Positions 56,177 to 64,000 of a DNA stretch of 64,000 nt are shown piece by piece. The position numbers and the translations under genes were made by a program. Each line of letters starts with the position of its first letter. The stretch's first letter is position 1. This stretch comes from Octopus vulgaris (lineage: Eukaryota): assembly GCA_951406725.2 (NCBI GenBank), contig OX597822.1, positions 32,054,001-32,118,000 on the forward strand, given 5' to 3'. The notes beneath the pieces are model-generated. The model saw nothing but the letters and a program-made list of their open reading frames with translations, did not search any database and had not been told where the DNA came from.

Positions 56177-57139
56177 TAGTTTTATTTTTATAGCGTGCTT
56201 TCACTTCACTAGCGCGCGCAGCTCTGTGTGCCTTGGGTATGTGCTGTGATTTGTTGTGATGCTCTGATGGTTACTGTATGGAAAGTGTTCTGCGTAGGAT
56301 GTGTGCAGTGCCTAGTAGTGCAATTTTCTGTATGTTATATGTGTTTGTAAGTCCTGGTGTTTTTGTTATGTATTTGTCTGAATATTTTTTTATCATGCCT
56401 AATGCACCTACTATGATAGGAATTGTTTCTGTTTTCAGGTTCCACATTCTAGTTACCTCTATTTCCAGGTCTTTGTATTTTGAGAGTTTCTCCATTTCTT
56501 TTAGAGACACGTTGTCATCTGCCGGTATTGATACATCAATTAGAAAGCATTTTTTACTTCATGATCTCTGACAACTATATCTGGTCTGTTGGCCTTAATT
56601 TCTCTATCTGTGTGTATCGGCATATCCCAGAGTATGGTTGCTTTCTCGTTTTCTGTGACCTTTTCTGGTGTGTGCCTATACCATCTTTTTTCTGTTGTTA
56701 TTCCATAATGTTGGCATAGCTTCCAATGTATGTAGGTTCCAACTCTGTCATGACTGTGAATATATTCCTTCTTAGCCAGGACTGGGCAGCTAGAGATAAT
56801 ATGATTTATTGTTTCTTGTCCATCTCCACATATTCTGCAGTTACTCGGTATATTTCTTTTCATTACATGTTTTTGGTAATTTCTGGTGGGAAGGCTTTGG
56901 TCTTGTGCTGCAATTAAAAATCCCTCTATCTCCTTTGAGTCCTGAGCTTCTCAACCATTGTTGGGATCTATCTTTGTCTATTTCTTTTGCGTTTAGTTTA
57001 GTCCTGTATTTGCCATGAAGGGGCTTTTCTTGCCATCGTTTTATCATGGCTCGTTGCTGTTCTATTTTTAGTTTGGATTTCATTTGTTTTATAGCTTTTG
57101 TTGTTTCTTCATCATCATCTTCTTCTTCTTCTTCTTCTT

Positions 57140-57168
<29 letters not shown>
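56173..57168 (-). mobile_element. 5'-truncated R4/Dong-clade retrotransposon (CCHC + restriction-like endonuclease) inserted in (TAA)n
   Basis: WQEKPLHG, CRICGDGQETINHIISSC, HDRV, ILWD, NRPDIVV, EKLSKYKDL, IIVGALG, QKIALLGTAHILRR. Frameshifted; (TAA)n on both sides. Confidence 0.92.
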
Positions 57169-57237
<69 letters not shown>

Positions 57238-57499
57238 GCAGTCAGGAAGAGAACAGTCTGCTGTTAGTGTTCATGATTCAGAAGATATGTTTCCATGTAT
57301 TAGAACTCTCCAGTATGTTAGTCTACTCAAATTTCAACCTGACAAAATAATCTCTTAGGCGTAGAGGACAGATGGCGTCACATGGCGTAGAGGACAGATG
57401 TAAGGGTTATTACAGTTACATAGCTGAGAAAGCGCTCGCGAGTTTATAATGGAAACATTTTTTCTGTTTATAATGTATATGAAAGCAAAGAACGTTTCG

Positions 57500-58690
<1,191 letters not shown>

Positions 58691-58717
58691 TTAGCATGTG
58701 TATGTGTGTGTGTTTGA

Positions 58718-59038
<321 letters not shown>

Positions 59039-59234
59039 TTAGAAATATTGAAGATAGCCAGACAAAGCTTTGGAGAAAGGAGACTTCTCCGAAATTGCTA
59101 CTGGTAGTTTGAAAACAACTCGAAATACAAAAGCGGCTTATGGTGGAGATTTAAACAGATCTTTGTGCACTTTATTTACATTATCTTACATCATATATAG
59201 TTGACGGTTATTTTTCCTCATCTTGTTAGTTGTT

Positions 59235-59280
59235 AACACAAAGTTTCGGCTGATAAACCTCCCAGATTTCATCAGGTGTC
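59235..59280 (-). ncRNA. Degenerate minimal type I HHR in a pLTR-like fragment
   Basis: Reverse complement GACAC-CTGATGA-A-ATCTG..CAGCC-GAAA-CTTT-GTGTT. Confidence 0.6.
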
Positions 59281-59294
59281 TTGGGGAAATTTCT

Positions 59295-59860
59295 TTTTGA
59301 AGAGCTCGGGTTTAGGGAAGGTTTTCAGTGCTTCATTTTGGTCCAACTACTACGAAGAGTGTTTTTTTTTATTATTGTACAGAATCCACCTTTCATCGCA
59401 AGTTACAATACGGTCGAGGAATGGATCAGTTTTGTTACGGAAAAATCCGAGGGGCAAATTTCATATAAGCGCATTTTCTGCCTTTCATTCAAGTCAAATG
59501 GTAACTATTTGTCGGGCATTTTTGATTTTCTGATCGCATGCAAATAGTTGCAGGTAGTTTTCTAACTTGAATTTTTTTTTGCCAGTTATCGAGTAGTTGC
59601 AGGGGATATTTCTCAATGACGGTCAATTAAAGACCGTCGTCTATGACAGATGGGAATCCAATGCGCTCACGGACTTCAAGGTTTAGGTCTCCATTGAGAG
59701 ATCCTTTAAACCAATTTCGGACTGACCACTCACTGGTCATTCGCTCGCCAAATGTTTCGTTGATATTGGGAGCAGTTTCAGCTGCTTTACGTCCTTTTGT
59801 GAAGTTGAATAGTAAACATGCACCAATATTGCTCACTGACACTACCATTTCATATGATTG
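59295..59860 (-). mobile_element. Degenerate mariner transposase, N-terminal half
   Basis: KGRKAAETAPNINETFGE..VRNWFK..GDLNLE; PFLDRIVTCDERWILYNN. Confidence 0.85.
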
Positions 59861-59959
59861 TAACGACAGTGAAACAATATCAATGTTAATTTATTGATGC
59901 ATTTGGGCAAGTCTATGTCAGTATTATCGGACAGTGCAAACAATTTCAACATTATATTA

Positions 59960-60660
59960 AGACGTAAGTGGAAAAGATACCTGTATGACTACTGTATTAT
60001 TAGGAAGGAGATCATTAATAAACTTTTGGAATTCAAAGCGATAATAAATAATATAAACCCTAACATTCAATTGGATATCATGATGAAAAAAATTCAACAA
60101 CCAAATTATAACTGAAATGTATCATAAACCAAGGGACTATAAGCAGTATCTCCTGTTTAGCTCATGCCATCCGAAACACATCAAAAGAAATATTCATTTT
60201 AATTTAGCAAAAAAGATTTACACAATAGAGTCTGATAGAAATACTCGGGACCCTCGTCTTCAAAATTCCAGAACAGCACTAACTGAAAAACTTTATCCAC
60301 CTCCATTATTGACGATGTAATTGTCCTAAACTATTGGCTGGGTCGGAATTCCTATTCAAACAAGAAGAGAGGTTCACAATTGCAAACAACATCTCTTGTG
60401 CTTCCGAGAATATAATTTATGTTATAATTTGCTCGGGTTGTGGACGTACATATGACACTGAGACGGATAACCACACTACATAAGGCAGAGATCCCGTTTC
60501 CGCAATACAGACAGATTCCTTTGTGTGAACACATAGAGGAATGTGCAGGTGATATCCAATCAAACTTCACAGTTTTCCCCATCTACCAGTGCTAAGGAGC
60601 AATTTCTATGGAAGAAAGTTTAAATATAAAAAAATTGTTCATCGAAATTGTAAACACAGT
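59960..60660 (+). mobile_element. Heavily deleted Penelope-like element relic (RT thumb plus GIY-YIG piece)
   Basis: WKRYLYD, INNINPNIQ, YHKPRDYKQYLLFSSCHPKHIKRNI, IYVIICSGCG. Confidence 0.7.
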
Positions 60661-60704
60661 ATAATATATATGAAAAACATATTAAACCAATGTAAACATT
60701 CTTT

Positions 60705-60754
<50 letters not shown>

Positions 60755-60768
60755 TATTAAATTAAGTG

Positions 60769-60812
<44 letters not shown>

Positions 60813-60827
60813 TATTAAATTAGAGTG

Positions 60828-60861
<34 letters not shown>

Positions 60862-60865
<4 letters not shown>

Positions 60866-60997
60866 TATATAGAAGGAGTTTACAGGACTAGAACTGTTTC
60901 AGTTTAGTCTAGAACTCCTTCTATATAATAAGTTAATTTTACTCTGCTATGTATTGAGTACCTTATTTACTGTGGTTAACCCCGAATCAACCGGACC

Positions 60998-61000
<3 letters not shown>
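60862..61000. repeat. Short fold-back insert in (TA)n
   Basis: TTATTATATAGAAGGAGTT / AACTCCTTCTATATAATAA. The spacer in reverse complement contains GAAACAGTTC. Confidence 0.7.
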
Positions 61001-61088
<88 letters not shown>

Positions 61089-61604
61089 GCATATAATAGA
61101 AATATGTTACAAAATGAAAATAGAAACTACACGTGGAAATGTAAGGGGAAAGTAAGAAAAATCAACGAAAATGCACATTACAAACAAAAAAAGAAAAGGC
61201 TTTTTATGACTATATATATATATATAGGAATAGATAGATGTATGTATGTATGCATGTATGTACGTATGGCTGACTGACTGGCTGGCTGTATGTATGGATG
61301 GATATACATGATGGAGTAAACACCATAGTTTACAATCAATTTCCTAAACACAATCCCTACTTTCCAATTCAACTTCACAATTCATTAAACTCTAAATCCA
61401 TTCCATCATGGGACAGTATGCTTATAATCTTCCAGCAACTCATCAAATGTGATATTTGTGTAGCTATACAGGAATCTTTTGATATGATTAGTTTCAAAAC
61501 AATTAGGCGTAATTGTCAATAGAAATTTTAATTACTGCTTACGTAATTGATCAGATATTGAAGATATCGCATACATATATTTATTCCTCTATTTGTTCCT
61601 TTAT

Positions 61605-61833
61605 TCCTATATTCTATTATTTGTTTCAGCCATTTCACTGCAACCATGTTGGTGTACAGCTTTTTAGTTGGAGACTTAGAACCCAGGATTTATTCTCTCT
61701 AAGCCTAATACTTATTCTATCGGTCTCTTTTGCTGAATCACTAACTTATTGGGACGATAACACACCAACATCAGTTGTCAAGCCGTGGTAGGGGGACAGA
61801 CGCATACACAAAAATACATACATGCGTACATAC

Positions 61834-61875
<42 letters not shown>

Positions 61876-62040
61876 ACGAGCTTCTTTTAGTTTCCGTCTA
61901 CCAAATCCACTCACAAGGATTTGGTCAGCTCGAGGCCATATTAATAGAAACTTGCCGAAGCTGCCACGCAGTGGTACTGAACCCGGTAGCATATGGTTGG
62001 GAAGCAAGCTACTTACCAAACAACCACGCCAGCGCCTATA
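61605..62040 (-). mobile_element. SINE family A, full length
   Basis: Complete diverged copy. Confidence 0.85.
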
Positions 62041-62260
62041 CAGAAATTTATAAATGCATGCTACATTCTGCGTGTAAAAAAACTGCGACTAGCATAACCA
62101 CTGGGCACCTTCTGTTCTGTTGCCGTGAGTTGGTGTTAGTAATGTCAAACACTGTAACCTGCATGCTGTTTGTATGGATACATATATAGTTGTATCCATG
62201 TATGTAAGTGCGTATGTAGGTATACATATATTTATACGTATGTATGCTTGTCTGTCTGCA

Positions 62261-62299
<39 letters not shown>

Positions 62300-62304
<5 letters not shown>

Positions 62305-62445
62305 TTGAGTTGTGGGGTATCGCACGAGTGGGATTATATAAGAAAAAAGGTTTGAAAATGCAATTTAAACGATGTTTATTTAGAGTGAAACCGGTTAAGT
62401 AAATAAACATCGTTTAAATTGCATTTTCAAACCTTTTTTCTATAT
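62300..62445. repeat. Fold-back insert in (TA)n, same family as 15391-15680
   Basis: AAAAAGGTTTGAAAATGCAATTTAAACGATGTTTATTTA-GAGTGAAACCGGTTAAG-TAAATAAACATCGTTTAAATTGCATTTTCAAACCTTTT. Confidence 0.85.
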
Positions 62446-62464
62446 ATATATATATATATATATA

Positions 62465-64000
62465 GTTATTGAAGTAGATAAATGAATTATCTTATTACGG
62501 ATAATTCGAAAGATAACCGATACCTGGGTACCAAAATTCACAACAGAAAGGGTACGGTTGAAGTTACGACCATGGGGCATAAAATCCGTGCCTTAGTGCG
62601 GATATTTGAAGTTTTATATATTAAGTATAGGAAAGAATGGAGCTGAACGAAGATTTAACAAAATTCCTTTATTTTATTTTCGACATATGTTTCGAAGTCT
62701 GCAAAGTCCCTAATTCCGATTGAATAAGGAGTCCATTTTGCAGCTTTCTCTTCAGGAAAATCCAGGAACTTAATTCTCCAACAAAATGCAGAACAAGCTT
62801 TTCGACAAACGCTCACGCGGAGCCCACGAAATTACTGATACAAAATGTCTATTTATATGCGTTGACGCCAGATTGGATGAAAGCAGAAGAGATTGTCCGT
62901 TGAGATAGTTCAAGGTCAGAATCAAGGTAGTAGAAGGAGGGTACAGGAAAATCAAAGAGTGTGAATGTATTCTGTATGACTGGTGTTTATATTTGATTTA
63001 TTTTATGAATGAGTGCTAGAATGTATGAGTGTGAAAAATTGCCTTAATGTATATGTGTGCGCGTCTTTGAATGCGTGACAGTGTGTTTTGAAGGCAGAGA
63101 GAGAGAGAGATAGCAAGAATTGACGGACAAGAAACTGAAAAGGCTGTGTCTGTGTGTTCGAATGTGACAACTTAATAGAGAGAGGGTGTCCACAATAGCA
63201 ATGACAAGATACAGTGTTGCTGTAGGGATTGGTAGTAGTTCTTGACAACTATGATAAAGTCTTTTATACTAACAGGCATGAGATATCACCTTTCAAATTT
63301 TTTTAGGAAGTCTATATTAGACTTCATTGGTATGAGAAAAAGGTATGCCTTTTCCAGTGGAGGCATCTGAAAGAACTCTGCACAATCGAGTTTACAAGCC
63401 GTCCTCGGGCGAACAAAATATGAAATAGTTCGGAGTTACAAAGGGCACAGATTTTTTTTTCCCTTATCAAACGGTAAAGACACCGATAAAATTGACCATT
63501 CCAGTCTAAAAGTTGAATTCGCGTTCTTCAAACGCCAGACTAATTTGCTTAGCCCAGTAGCGTGTTGCTTATCCCTATCTCGGAACGTGGAAAAATGGTT
63601 CGATATTCTTGTGGCTAATTTTGATGATGTAGCGCCGATATAAAGGAAGACATCGGATTCAGTATAAACTCTGCACTGATAAATGACGTTTCTAATTTTG
63701 GAGTTGCTAGATAAGAACCTTAATCTATTGGGATTGGTTTCCGATACTAATACAGCGTTCTTATTACTATGATGGTTGTAAAAACTACCGCTGGATTCGA
63801 TACTATTCACCCCATTATCATTACTATTTAAGGCAATATCACCTGCATATTCCCTGTTACTGGGAATGCTGTGATTGATAATGTCCGTAAAACTACTGTT
63901 GTTAAAACCGCTGCTAATATTATTGTTGGGACTCCCTTCGTTAATGACGAGATCAGTGCTCTTATCCTTATTACTGTTACTAACTCCAATGTTGGTATGA
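62465..64000 (-). mobile_element. Second Naiad-type PLE, 3' portion (GIY-YIG + pLTR), truncated by the window edge
   Basis: NVIYQC..LYIGATSSKLATRISNHFSTF..TGLSKLVWRLK..W, then after a frameshift LCNSE..CLHW. 3' end at (TA)n. Confidence 0.88.
62676..62761 (-). ncRNA. Type I hammerhead ribozyme with extended stem II
   Basis: Reverse complement ATTTTC-CTGAAGA-GAAAG-CTGCAAA...TTTGCAG-ACTTC-GAAA-CATATG-TC-GAAAAT; palindromic stem III; GUC triplet. Confidence 0.85.

Overview
AT-rich, microsatellite-dense animal DNA made almost entirely of transposable elements. The repeat landscape strongly resembles Octopus/cephalopod genomes (inference). I found no convincing host exon, and most ORFs in the track are translations of (TA)n, (TATC)n or (AAT)n tracts. 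The centrepiece is a young, nearly intact Penelope-like retroelement of Naiad type (6386-14284). It has an RT + GIY-YIG ORF broken by one extra A, 1.3-kb pseudo-LTRs each carrying a minimal type I hammerhead ribozyme (HHR), a 260-bp 5' inversion and a 3.6-kb structured 3' extension. It is inserted into the internal (AT)n tract of a tRNA-derived SINE. A second Naiad with its own HHR runs off the right edge. About a dozen further intact, degenerate or partial HHR motifs occur in short PLE-like inserts, mostly at (TA)n tracts. Several of these inserts are fold-back palindromes whose inversion point lies in or next to the ribozyme, and one HHR family appears to have a non-canonical core. Also present: a CR1-group LINE whose 3' tail is shared with the dominant SINE, R4/Dong and HERO-like RLE retroelements, mariner/Tc1 relics, a mariner MITE, a non-autonomous Helitron and three SINE families. 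All calls come from reading the sequence by eye; no searches were run.
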